A stretch of 63,563 nucleotides of DNA, counting the filler, from an uncultured bacterium (lineage in GTDB: Bacteria; CAYJOG01): the NCBI GenBank assembly GCA_964371695.1. It is 16 parts of 16 records of this genome, joined end to end, with 100 filler letters (N's around TTAATTAATTAA, not from the genome) between each part and the next. Parts side by side here need not be neighbours in the genome. Positions count along the whole stretch, not along the records: positions 40,074 to 43,931 come from CAYJOG010000343.1; positions 44,032 to 47,886 come from CAYJOG010000344.1; positions 47,987 to 51,832 come from CAYJOG010000345.1; positions 51,933 to 55,748 come from CAYJOG010000346.1; 12 more parts are not named here. One strand, written 5' to 3'. This document shows, piece after piece, positions 43,123-53,939 of the stretch (position 1 is the first letter of the stretch; every line of letters begins with the position of its first letter). The position numbers and the translations under genes are program-made. Below the pieces are notes generated by a model, which saw only the letters and a program-made list of their open reading frames with translations, was not told the origin of the DNA and did no database searches.

Positions 43123-43305
43123 GAGCCTGTTTCTAAATTGCGCCATGTGCAACATGGTGTAATGGAAACAGGCTCTTGCGGGCCAAGGATGGCCCGCCTC
43201 AAAAGCCGAAGTGTTGAAAACACTGAGGTTTTTGCCCGCCAAGGGGGCTTTGCCCCCGCTGGCGGTGAGTTTATAAAGTCCAGGACGGACTTTATAGACA
43301 GGTTC
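43123..43305. mobile_element. Putative MITE between the divergent pilM and purF genes
   Basis: Imperfect TIR GAGCCTGTTTCTAAA / TTTATAGACAGGTTC; internal hairpins CGGGCCA-AGGA-TGGCCCG and GGGGGC-TTT-GCCCCC. Confidence 0.5.
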
Positions 43306-43351
43306 TTGGACCGACCCACGGCGGGTGTATGCTGCCCCAGAAGGTGAAACC

Positions 43352-43931
43352 ATGACACCCCCCAGGCCCCTGCACAATCCTTTCATTCCCCAGGGCGAAG
43401 CCGCCCTGGCGGGGGGTTATGAAATCGCCGAACAGAAGGTGAAGGACGAGTGCGGTGTGTTTGGCGTGTACGCGCCGGGCAAGGACGTGGCCCGCATGAC
43501 CTATTTCGGCATTTTTTCGTTGCAGCACCGGGGGCAGGAGTCGGCGGGCATCGCCGTGAGCACGGGCCGGGACATCGTGAGCCACAAGAACATGGGCCTC
43601 GTGACCCAGGTGTTCAAGGACGACACCCTCAAGCTCATGCGGGGTGATCTGGCGGTGGGGCACGTGCGTTACAGCACCACCGGCTCCAGCATTCCGGCCA
43701 ACGCCCAGCCGCTGATTCTCAAAAGCCCCCACGGCCCCGTGGCCCTCACCCACAACGGCAACCTCATCAACCACCAGATGCTGCGCCGCGAACTGGAGCA
43801 GGCGGGCACCCAGTTTGTCACCACCACCGACAGCGAAGTCATCGCCCAGTTGCTGGCCCTCAGCCACGCGGCGGGCGATGTTGAAGAAGCCATCACCCAC
43901 ACCATGCGCCGCCTGCAGGGGGCCTACACCC
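43352..43931 (+). CDS. purF: Amidophosphoribosyltransferase, 3' truncated
   Basis: Propeptide then ECGVFG; LQHRGQESAGI, GHVRYSTTG, HNGNLIN, TDSEVI. Confidence 0.95.
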
Positions 43932-44031
43932 NNNNNNNNNNNNNNNNNNNNNNNNNNNNNNNNNNNNNNNNNNNNTTAATTAATTAANNNNNNNNNNNNN
44001 NNNNNNNNNNNNNNNNNNNNNNNNNNNNNNN

Positions 44032-44944
44032 GGCGGCCCAGGGGGTTGAGCACCAGCCGCGAGAGCAGTCCGAACAACACCAGCAAGCCCACGCCGGTCA
44101 CCACCAGCAGCGCCATCAGAAACAGTGTCATCGAGCGTCGCCCCTCTGCCAGCACGTTGCGGTCCAGCGTGATTTCCAGCACCGAAGAGGCTTTTTTGCG
44201 CAGGTCATGCAACACCGCCTGGGCTTGCACCCGTTTGGGGCCAAGGGGGCGGATGCGTGTGTTTGACCGGAACTTCGCTGCCTTCAGGCTGGCATCTGTT
44301 TTTGCAGAAAAGGGCCGGATGGTGAGCGGCAACTGGGTGGCGGTGGAAAGCTCCCACAGGGCGCTGTCATCCAGCAGGCGGCCCAGCAGCACCGTGCCCA
44401 TGGGGGGGCCGGTCTGGTCGCTTTTCAGAATGGGCCGGGCGGCCACCAGCAGCAGTTGATTGCCTTCACGCAGAAAACCGTTCACCGAGGCAGGCATGGC
44501 GGGAAAGCTCTGCCAGTTCAGAAAGAGGCCGCCGGGTTTCAGGGACCGGGTGAGGATTTTTGGAACCGGCAGCAGTGTGGATTTTTTGTGGTGAAGGCCC
44601 TTGGCATAAAGGATTTCGCCATTGGTGTCGGCCACCACCAGATAATCCACCCGCAGGGTGGTGAAGTTGCTGTCCAGCAGGTTGCCCTCCTGTAAGGCCA
44701 GGTCGTGAATCTGGGCGTAGGTGTACATGTCGTCCCAGCCGGCCCAGTCTCCGGCAGCGGCGTCCAGGCGTTTGACCTCGGCCAGGAGGGCGTTTTTTCC
44801 CCGCTCGGCGTTTTGCAGCATCAGGTTTTTTTCAAGGGATTCAAACGAGGCGATGACCAGTCTGCTGGAGGCAAACCACAACGTGCCCGCCAGAACACAC
44901 AGCACGGCGGCCATGATGAGCAGTGTCTTTTTTCTGAGTTGGAT
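44032..44944 (-). CDS. CHASE4-domain membrane sensor, N-terminal part
   Basis: TM, DWAGWDDMY.Y, ARPIL.SD..GP..G.VLLGR.LD, second TM and start of HAMP. Confidence 0.88.
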
Positions 44945-45206
44945 GATTGGCTCCCTTGGGAGGCAAATCTTATTTCAAAACATACCCCTCTGCGGGACAG
45001 GGCAAAAATCACATGGGTGCTAACTTTTGATAAGAAAGCAAGGTTTCATTCCCTTTACAGGTGTAGGGGCGGGGCCCCCACCGCTAAAAAACCTTTAAAA
45101 ATCATGTGTCTTTGCCCTTCACGGCGGTGTGGACACCGCCGCTACTCCGAAAAAATTAGCCTCTACAGGGCAAAAATCCGGTGGTGGATTCCCTCATAAT
45201 GGTGTT

Positions 45207-47813
45207 ATGCCCCGTGATGAAAAAGAGGTTTCAGAAGAAGTTCAAACCCCGGCTCAGGGCTGGCCGCTGATGGACAAGGCTGCGGCGCTGGCGTTCCGGG
45301 CGTTTCTCAAAAATCCCCGCAGGCTGGGCCAGGGCGACGTGGTGGCCGTGGGCCAGTCGCATCTGGACGCCGCTTGGCGCTGGCGCGCGGGGCAGACCCA
45401 CGACAAGGCATACACCACCTTTCGCCAGGCGGTGCGGCACATCCGCCACTGCGAGGGTTTCAGCTTCAGCCAGTCTCAGCCGCAATATTACGAGTGGATT
45501 CGACAGGAACACCCCGCGTTGTTCAAGGCGGTGCAGGAGCAGGTGGCGGCGGGGCGCTGGGAACTGGTGGGGGGCATGTGGATTGAGCCGGACTGCAACC
45601 TGTCGGGGGGCGAATCGCTGGTGCGTCAGCGGCTTCATGGCCAGCGGTTTTACCTCCGGCACTTTGGCCGTTTGGCCCAGATTGAATGGCTGCCCGACAC
45701 GTTCGGGTTTTGCCACACGCTGCCCCAGATTCTGGCCAGAAGCGGCGCAAAATATTTCTGGACCTCCAAGATTTTCTGGAACGACAGCACCCGTTTTCCG
45801 GCGGACGCTTTCTGGTGGCAGTCGCCCGACGGCAGCCGCGTGTTGTCGCTGTTCAGCCCCACCTATCTGCTGATGCTGCCACTGTCTGGCGGCGCGCACC
45901 TGCGGCCCATTCCGCTGCTCAAACAGGGAGAAGCCCTGTCGCTGGACTATGGCGGCGGCAGCGCGGAACTGAAAGAGGCGTGGTCCAAGGATGAAATTCC
46001 GGCGGTGATGCTGGCTTATGGTTATGGCGATGGCGGCGCGGGGCCGCTGGACACGGAAATTGACACGGTGCAGCGGTTTGAGGCAGACGGCCTGCTGCGG
46101 CAGGGCAAGGCCACAGAAGTGTTCGCGCAGCTTGAAACAGTAAGTGGCCGCCTGCCGGTGTGGAACGACGAGTTGTATCTGGAGTTTCACCGGGGTTGTT
46201 ACACCACACAGGCGGCCATCAAACGCATGAACCGCCTTACGGAAACCCGCCTGCTGCAAACCGAAACCCTGGCGGTGCTGTCGGGCCTGGACGCCAGCGC
46301 GGCGCTGGAGGGGTTGTGGAAAAAACACCTGTTTCAGCAGTTCCACGACATCCTGCCGGGCAGCGGAATCCCTGAAGTGGTGCTGGACACATTGGAAGAC
46401 TACCGGCAGGTGCATCACGAACTGGACGAACTGCAAAAAAGCGGCTTTGCCGCCCTGGCAGAAGAAACGGACGGCAAGCCGGGGCAGGTGGTGGTGAACA
46501 CGCTGGCCGCCCCGCGTCAGGCCGTGGTGGTGAAGCCTTTGTCGGACTTGCCGGTGACGTGGGTATCAGACGAGCGGGTGCAGGTGTGGGAAGAAAACGG
46601 CCAGTCCCAGGGGGCGTTTTTTTCGGGAAGCCTGCCGCCGGTGGGCTGGCTGGGACGCAGTGCGCCGGGAGACATCACAGACCAGACGCCAGTGCGTGTG
46701 CGTGAAGAAGATCACCACATTCTGCTCAGCAACGGCTTGGTGCAGGTGGGGGTGGATCGCCGCACCGGCTGCGTCACCAGCCTGCGGCATTTGCCCAGTG
46801 GCCCCGAAACCCTGTCGGGGCCGTGCCGTCTGCTGCTGTTCCGCGAAGACCCGGGGCTTTTTCCCGCCTGGAACCTGGACCACCATTACGAAGACAAACC
46901 GCTTTTTGTAGAAGACGTGGCGGGGCGTGTGCAGGTGCTCGCGTCGGGGCCGCTCACGGCGGTGGTGGCAATCACCCGCCAGGTGGCCGGGGCCGTGGTG
47001 CATCAGCGGGTGCGGCTGGACATGGGCAGCCCGTGGGTGGACATGACGCTGAACACCAACTGGGTCAAAAAAAAGACCCTGCTCAAGGCGGCTTTTCCGG
47101 TGGCGGTGCAGGCCCCCGCCATGCACTACGAAATTCCCTTTGGCGTGCTGCGCAGGCCCGTGACGCCGGTGAATCCTTTTTATGCCGCCCAGTGGGAGCG
47201 GCCCATGCAGCGGTGGGTGGATTTCAGCGACGGGCATCAGGGCCTGGCGGTGCTCTCAGACGGCCCTCATGGCTTCAACGTGAAAAATGGCGAGTGCCGC
47301 CTGAGCCTGTTGCGGTCGGCCCGCTACCCCACCGCCTGGCTGGGCGCCAAAAACCTGCTGCCCAAACATCAACGCCCCCGTTTCACCGACCTCACCGAAC
47401 ATACCTTTCGATACGGCCTGCTGCCCCACGGCGGCGACTGGCAAAGCGCGGGACTCATGGAAGCCGCGCAGGATTTTTCCACGCCGGTGCTGACTGGCCG
47501 GGCGCAGGTGGGGGGCGCGGCCTGGGGGTCGCTGTTTTCGCTGGAAGGTGAAGGTGTGACGGTGGTGGCGGTGAAACCGCTTCACGAAGAAGACGGCGCT
47601 GTCGGGGAGTGTGTGGTGATCCGTCTGCTGGAGACACGGGGAGAAGCCGCGGAGGTGGCGTTGCACTGGCATGGCAACGGTCAGTCGCCCGCTGGCGTGC
47701 AGGAGGTGGACCTGCTGGAGCTGAACCCCTCGCCGCTGGTTTTTGAGGACAAAGCCTTGCCCCTGCGCCTGGGCCCCTGGGAGCTGAAAACGCTGGTGGT
47801 GAAAATGAAATAG
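45207..47813 (+). CDS. Alpha-mannosidase, glycoside hydrolase family 38
   Basis: SHLDAAWRW, GGESLVRQ, WLPDTFG, YGYGDGGAGP, ELYLEFHRG.YTTQ, QFHDILPGS. Confidence 0.93.
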   Translation: MPRDEKEVSEEVQTPAQGWPLMDKAAALAFRAFLKNPRRLGQGDVVAVGQSHLDAAWRWRAGQTHDKAYTTFRQAVRHIRHCEGFSFSQSQPQYYEWIRQEHPALFKAVQEQVAAGRWELVGGMWIEPDCNLSGGESLVRQRLHGQRFYLRHFGRLAQIEWLPDTFGFCHTLPQILARSGAKYFWTSKIFWNDSTRFPADAFWWQSPDGSRVLSLFSPTYLLMLPLSGGAHLRPIPLLKQGEALSLDYGGGSAELKEAWSKDEIPAVMLAYGYGDGGAGPLDTEIDTVQRFEADGLLRQGKATEVFAQLETVSGRLPVWNDELYLEFHRGCYTTQAAIKRMNRLTETRLLQTETLAVLSGLDASAALEGLWKKHLFQQFHDILPGSGIPEVVLDTLEDYRQVHHELDELQKSGFAALAEETDGKPGQVVVNTLAAPRQAVVVKPLSDLPVTWVSDERVQVWEENGQSQGAFFSGSLPPVGWLGRSAPGDITDQTPVRVREEDHHILLSNGLVQVGVDRRTGCVTSLRHLPSGPETLSGPCRLLLFREDPGLFPAWNLDHHYEDKPLFVEDVAGRVQVLASGPLTAVVAITRQVAGAVVHQRVRLDMGSPWVDMTLNTNWVKKKTLLKAAFPVAVQAPAMHYEIPFGVLRRPVTPVNPFYAAQWERPMQRWVDFSDGHQGLAVLSDGPHGFNVKNGECRLSLLRSARYPTAWLGAKNLLPKHQRPRFTDLTEHTFRYGLLPHGGDWQSAGLMEAAQDFSTPVLTGRAQVGGAAWGSLFSLEGEGVTVVAVKPLHEEDGAVGECVVIRLLETRGEAAEVALHWHGNGQSPAGVQEVDLLELNPSPLVFEDKALPLRLGPWELKTLVVKMK

Positions 47814-48187
47814 GCCGGGCTTGCAAAGTTTGAAGATGGGGGGCTTTGCCCCCCAAACCCCCCACTGGGAGGGCGGCGGCCCTCCCNNNNNNNNNNNNNN
47901 NNNNNNNNNNNNNNNNNNNNNNNNNNNNNNTTAATTAATTAANNNNNNNNNNNNNNNNNNNNNNNNNNNNNNNNNNNNNNNNNNNNAGAGGGCAAGAAAA
48001 AATGCTCTTATTTCGTCCACGTCTACTCCGAAAATGCTCTAGCGTAGGTGCGGTGTCGCTATCGCCTTTGCTCGGCCAGATGCCCCAATGGGCATCTGGG
48101 AAAGACTCCTCGCGAACTACCGCACCACTACAGCAGCGATGAGGACATCGTTGCGACTCATTTTTGATCCAGTTGGACCACCAAGCT

Positions 48188-50743
48188 CTAAAAAACCATC
48201 TTCCTTACGATGAAGTCAAAGCCGTCGGTGAAATAGATGCTGCCGTCGCTGGCCACCGTAAAACCGTTGGCCGCATGCACCGTGGCTGTGCCCGGCCCGC
48301 CATCTACCGAGAGCTGCTGAAAGGTGGCCTGGGTGATGTTGAACAGCGTGGTGACCGTGCCCGTGGGGGTGAGTTTGAAACCGCCAAAGGTGGTGCTGCT
48401 GGTGTAGCTGCCCACATAGATGTTCCCCTGGGCGTCCAGCCCCAGCGGGCGGATGGAGTCGAAGCTGGCGTTGGTGAAGTTGGCCACAAGGTTCCCCGCG
48501 CTGTTGAACTTGATGATGCTGTTGGAGCAGTGACACAGCACATACACGCTGCCGTCCACCGAGGCCTCGACTTCAATGGGACAGTTGTTCACCGTGCTGT
48601 TGTTGATGGTGTTAAAAACACTCCCCACACCCTGGGGCGTGATTTTGTGCACGGTGGTGCTGGCGCTCTGCACAAAGGGGCTGGGCTGCGACAGGGTATA
48701 AAGATTTCCACTGCTGTCGATGGTCAGACCCGAAAAGGTTTCGGTGCTGGGCGGATTCATGAAAATGGTGTCGGTGCCCGCGGTGTCGATTTTGTGAATG
48801 GTGAAGGGGGGCTGAAAACCGGATCCATAAGCCAGGTAGAAATAATTGCCCGCGCTGTCCACGGCAAAGTCTTCGGCGTTGGTGGCCGTGCGGGCGTTCA
48901 CAAAACTGCCGGTGGTGGTGATTTCCACCAGACGGTTGTTTTCGCTGTCATGCACCAGCAGGTTGCCATTGGGCAGTGATTCCACGTCTCCCAGCAACCG
49001 GAAGGTGGGGCTGGGGGTGGTGGCCGAGCCAGACACGCCGCGGGTGCCCGCGATGGTGCTGATGTTGGTGAAGGCGCCCGTTCCGCCGGTGGAAGTCGCG
49101 GCGGCGATGGTGCCGCTCACGCTGCCGGTGGTGTTGCTGCTGCCGTCGCTGGCGATGATGCCGAAGCTGAAGCTGCCCGCCGAGGTGGGAGTGCCCGTGA
49201 CCGTGGCCCCGCTGGCGCTGGCCCAGGTGGGCAGGCCGCTGAAGGAGAAAGTGACGGTGTCGCCGTTGGCGTCGGTGGCGGTGGCGGTGTAGGAGAATGC
49301 CTGTCCCACCGTGCCGCTGGCGCTGGTGGCGCTGGTGATGACCGGCGGCGTGTTGCTGCCCATCAGCTTGAGACCCACTTCACCGGGAATGCTGTCGTTG
49401 GCCTTGTTGGCGGCCACATAGGTGCTCACCTGTTTGAGGATGACCGGCCCCACCGAGCCTTTTTTGTAGCAGTAATAGGTGCTGCCAAAGCTGATGTTGC
49501 TGGTGACGCTGAGGCTGGACTGATAACTCACGCTGCTGCATGCGCTCGCCTGGGGCGCGCCGGTGGTGCTGGTGACCGTCGCCAGACCTTCGCCCGTGGC
49601 AGCCCCCGTAACACTGATGAGCAGCGCCGCGCCGTTGTCGCTCACGGCGATGTCGCCGGTGGAGCCGCTCACCGCCGAAAGCGCCGTGGCGCTCACGTTC
49701 ACGCTGTTGCCACTGCGGATGTACAGGTCCGCGCCCTGATAGTCAGAGGCAAACACCGTCACCCCCGCCTGGGCGGTGTAGCTGCTGGTGCTGCTGGCGT
49801 CGCGGCCCACCAGAGAGCTGGTGTAGCTGCCGGTGGCGGTGAGACGGTAATAACCATAAGACGAATAGGTGTGGGCCACGCGCTGGCCGGGCACAACGGT
49901 GTCGGTCGCGCCATCTCCCCAGCTCAGGGTGTGGGTGACGCCGGTGCCGGAGCCAAGCGTGCTGAACACGATGGCCTCGGCGGTCTGACCGGGCCTGAGG
50001 CCGCCCCGGAACACACCAATGCCGATGGGCTGGCTGGCGGTGGTGCTCTGCACGTTGCCGCTCACGGCGGTGGTACTGCCCAGTGTGATGGCATAACTGG
50101 CCCCGCCCGCCGGGCAGGCCAGATAACCCTTGTAGCCCAGGGTCATGGCGCAGCTCTGGCCGCTGCTGAGGGTGGTGACGGTGTAATCGGTGCCGCCGTG
50201 ATCCAGCGCGATGAGGTCGCCGCTGCTGTAGGTGATGGCGTTGGCGCTGCCGGGCTGAATCGAGCCGAAGTTCTCGGTATAACCCAGCTCGGCCAGCACG
50301 TCCACGGTTTTCCCGGCGGTGACATAAAGATAAGTGGTGCGGGCGGCCACCGTCTGGTTGTTGGCGTCGCGGGCATACAGATAGGCCGCATAGGGGCTGG
50401 GGGGCAGGCTGCTGAAAACGATGTCCTGCGGCACACTGGTGAGGGTGACGCTTTTGGTGAGGTTCACCAGACTGGTCTCAGACTGGCTGGAACTGCTGCT
50501 GGTGTCGCTCATCTGATAGATCTGGATGTAAATGGAAGTGGCCGTGCCGGGCACCTTGGCCGCCCCGCGTTCCTGGCCAGCCCTTGCGGGCAACCGCAGG
50601 GCCACAGCGCCCGTGCCAGCCGCGAGCGACTGGTTCTGGCCAGACAGGCTGACCTGTCCGCCGCCGCCGCCACACCCCACCGACAACACCGTCAGGGTGA
50701 TACTGGTGATCGCCAGGGAAAGAAAACGCCACAGCTTGTTCAC
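48188..50743 (-). CDS. Large lipoprotein with PKD-like, Ig-like (He_PIG/cadherin) and NHL-like propeller domains
   Basis: GTG start after AAAGGAG; lipobox LSVGC-GGGG; SWGDG; NTPPVITS..GLPTWAS; repeated AVDSAGN/IDSSGNLY/LDAQGNIYV. Confidence 0.8.
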   Translation of the reverse strand: MNKLWRFLSLAITSITLTVLSVGCGGGGGQVSLSGQNQSLAAGTGAVALRLPARAGQERGAAKVPGTATSIYIQIYQMSDTSSSSSQSETSLVNLTKSVTLTSVPQDIVFSSLPPSPYAAYLYARDANNQTVAARTTYLYVTAGKTVDVLAELGYTENFGSIQPGSANAITYSSGDLIALDHGGTDYTVTTLSSGQSCAMTLGYKGYLACPAGGASYAITLGSTTAVSGNVQSTTASQPIGIGVFRGGLRPGQTAEAIVFSTLGSGTGVTHTLSWGDGATDTVVPGQRVAHTYSSYGYYRLTATGSYTSSLVGRDASSTSSYTAQAGVTVFASDYQGADLYIRSGNSVNVSATALSAVSGSTGDIAVSDNGAALLISVTGAATGEGLATVTSTTGAPQASACSSVSYQSSLSVTSNISFGSTYYCYKKGSVGPVILKQVSTYVAANKANDSIPGEVGLKLMGSNTPPVITSATSASGTVGQAFSYTATATDANGDTVTFSFSGLPTWASASGATVTGTPTSAGSFSFGIIASDGSSNTTGSVSGTIAAATSTGGTGAFTNISTIAGTRGVSGSATTPSPTFRLLGDVESLPNGNLLVHDSENNRLVEITTTGSFVNARTATNAEDFAVDSAGNYFYLAYGSGFQPPFTIHKIDTAGTDTIFMNPPSTETFSGLTIDSSGNLYTLSQPSPFVQSASTTVHKITPQGVGSVFNTINNSTVNNCPIEVEASVDGSVYVLCHCSNSIIKFNSAGNLVANFTNASFDSIRPLGLDAQGNIYVGSYTSSTTFGGFKLTPTGTVTTLFNITQATFQQLSVDGGPGTATVHAANGFTVASDGSIYFTDGFDFIVRKMVF

Positions 50744-50891
50744 GGTTGCTCCTTTGATTCCGCACCAATGCGGACTGTAATGACTTGAACGCCCCCCATT
50801 TTGTCCAAGTAAATTGAAGCCGTCAAACGGGTTGGCCAATGAGGCGTTTCCCGTGGCGCACCGCAGCGGCCAGCGCAGCACCGTTATCCAG

Positions 50892-50946
50892 CAGGGTGTT
50901 GACAAACACCTTGAAAAATCCAGGAGGGACTTTTCTCAACAACCTG
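50892..50946. mobile_element. Short MITE of the CAGGGTGTTGA family
   Basis: Both halves match the ends of 61362-61512 in reverse orientation. Confidence 0.7.
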
Positions 50947-51014
50947 CCAGAGAAAGCCTTCCACCTCGCCCCTCTGGCAACCGGCTTTGCACCCGTGTTA
51001 GGGTGTCGCCCGCC

Positions 51015-51832
51015 GTGCGAAGGTTTGTTCATGCATTGCTGCCAATGACGCTGACGCTGGTGCTTTCTGCGGCCCCGGTGCGGGCCGTGGAAATCCCGGA
51101 CAGCCTCAAGGGGGCCATTCCCCAGGATCTGCTGAATCAGGTGGAAAGTTTCACCGGCGGCGGGGGCGGCGAGGCCGCGAGCCCCACCATTCCCAGCCTG
51201 CCCAGCATGCCCAGCACCCGACAGGTGGACGTGGGCGAGGGTTTCCAGAGCAAATACATGAAGCGCCTCATCATGAAGGAACTGGCCCTGAACGTGACTT
51301 CGGCAGAGATGCTTTTCAGCCAGAAAAAAGAAACCTTCACGCGGCTTTCGTCGCTGCTCAAAGGCGATTTCGTTTCTCCCCAGGAGGTGAACGACGCCGA
51401 AAAAGAGTTCAAAAGCGCTGAAGAAGCCCTGGAGGACGCGGTTCACCTGAGCATTCTCGAGGCCCGCAAGGTGAGCCAGCGCGACGGCCGCACCCGCGTG
51501 GAGTTCACACTGAAAAACGACAGCGATTTTGCCCAGGTGGTGTTTCTTACCCGTGGGGCCATCCACGAGGCCCAGGCCCGGTCGCTGCTGCGCATCACCG
51601 ACCTCATCGCCCGCGTGGAAAGCGGCGCGATTGGCGTGGGCGACCCCTATGAAATGCGTGTCAGTCCCCTTTCGGTGGGGCAAACCACCACGCTGACGTT
51701 TTTTTTGCAGGTGGACGCCGACACCGTGACCCTGGTGCTGGATCGGGGCGCGAGCACCGAGCGCCGCACGCTTTTTCTGGAGCGCACCAGCGAAGAAGGC
51801 GGCCTGCGGCTGACGGCGGCGAACTTCAGCCT
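51015..51832 (+). CDS. Secreted hypothetical protein, 3' truncated
   Basis: Signal peptide ending VRA, helical region, then a beta-sandwich-like region; start uncertain. Confidence 0.6.
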
Positions 51833-51932
51833 NNNNNNNNNNNNNNNNNNNNNNNNNNNNNNNNNNNNNNNNNNNNTTAATTAATTAANNNNNNNNNNNN
51901 NNNNNNNNNNNNNNNNNNNNNNNNNNNNNNNN

Positions 51933-53907
51933 GGGTGAGGACTTCATGGCCTGGGTACAACCGACGGACAAAACAGACGTGAAAAAGGTGCTGGCCCGCA
52001 CCCGGCAGAAACCCGATCACACCTATACCCTGCCGCACTTTCGCCTCAAGAGCCGGGGCGAGGGATATATCAATCTGGAGGGGGCTTTCACGGGCATTCC
52101 GGGCCAGCCCGACGTGGGGGCGGTGGTGGTGAACGCACGGGAAATCACCGAACGCCTGCGGGCCGAAGAAGCTCTGCGCAAAAGCGAAGAGCGTTACGCC
52201 CTGGCGATTCGCGGCGCCAACGACGGCCTGTGGGACTGGGACCTGGTGAGCCACCGCCTGTTTCTCTCGCCCCGGTTCCAGGCCATGCTGGGTCTGCCCG
52301 AACGCCCCGTCACCACCACCCCCATGCACTGGCTCTCACGCATTCACGACGACGACCGCGAGCGGATGCAGGAGCAGACCCAGGCCCACCTGAGCGGCGC
52401 ACGGCCCTATCTGGAGGTGGAATATCGCATCCGCCACGAAGACGGAAGCTGGCGCTGGGTGCTCACACGCGGCCTGGCGGTGCGGGGGCCAGAGGGCCAG
52501 CCCGTGCGCATGGCCGGTTCGCAAACCGACATTCACGAGCGCAAACGGGCCGAGCGGCAATTGTTTTTCGACGCATTTCACGACCCCCTCACCCAGTTGC
52601 CCAACCGGTCGCTGTTCATGGACCGTCTCAACAATTCGCTCAAACGCAGCAAGCGGCGCAAGGATTACCAGTTTGCCGTGCTGTTTCTGGACCTGGACCG
52701 TTTCAAGGTGATCAACGACAGCCTGGGCCACATGGCGGGCGACCAGTTGCTCATCACCATCGCCGGGCGGCTCAAGGACTGCCTGCGCACCGAGGACACA
52801 CTCGCGCGCCTGGGGGGCGACGAGTTTGTGGTGCTGCTTGAGGAAATCGGCGACGTGAAGGGGGCGGTCATCGCCGCCGAGCGGTTGCAGGATTCCCTGA
52901 GCGAGCCGGTGGACATTGGCGGCCAGGAGGTGTTCAGCACGGTGAGCATCGGCATTGCGGTGTCGCGGCCCGATTATCAGCGGGCCGAAGACCTGCTGCG
53001 CGACGCGGACATCGCCCTTTACCGCGCCAAGCGGGCGGGCAAGGCGCGCCACGCCATATTCGACAAAACCATGCACGAAAAAGCCCTGGCCCAGTTGCAG
53101 ATGGAAACCGCCCTGCGCCGGGGCATGGCGCGGGAGGAGTTCCGGGTTTATTTCCAGCCCATCGTGCGGCTCGGTGACGGCGCGCTGGTGGGTTTCGAAG
53201 CCCTGGTGCGCTGGGAGCGCCCCGGCCAGGGCCTGACCCTGCCCGGCCAGTTCATTCCGCTCACCGAAGAAACCGGTCTGGTGAGCGCGCTGGGGCTGTG
53301 GGTGATGAAGGAAGCCCTCACGCAGCTCAGGTCGTGGCGCATGACGCTGCCCCAGGCCGAGCCTTTGTATGTGAGTGTGAACCTCTCTGGCCGCCAGTTG
53401 CTGCAACAGGAACTTTCCCGCACGGTAGAGGAAATGCTGATTCACACCGGCGTGCCCGCCGGGTGCCTGCGGCTGGAGATCACCGAAAGCGCCGTGATGG
53501 GCGTGCAGCCAGAGATCACCGAAAACCTGCACGCGCTCAAGGACCTGGGTGTGCGGCTTTTCATGGACGACTTCGGCACGGGTTTTTCCAGCCTCAGTTA
53601 TCTGCACCAGTTGCCCATTGACACCATCAAGATCGACCGCTCGTTTGTGGCGCGGCTGAACCAGAAAGAGCAGGGGCAGGAGATCGTGCGCGCCATCATC
53701 GAAATGGCCCGCAGCCTGCGCCTGGGGGTGGTGGCCGAGGGTGTGGAAACCGAAACCCAACGCGACCAGCTGATGAAGATGGGCTGCGAAAACGCCCAGG
53801 GGTACTGGTTCAGCGAGCCGCTGCCCGCAGGCACCGCCGTGGAACTGGTGAAACACCGCGGCCCGCTGAAACCCCGCCGTTATGTCGAAGGCGCGGGCGG
53901 GGCGTAG
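51933..53907 (+). CDS. PAS-GGDEF-EAL diguanylate cyclase/phosphodiesterase, 5' truncated
   Basis: GANDGLWDWD PAS; HDPLTQLPNR, RLGGDEF; EALVRW, EITES, DDFGTGFSSL, EGVE, QGY. Confidence 0.96.
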
Positions 53908-53939
53908 AAGCTAACTCATAAATACCTGTGAGATGGGTT

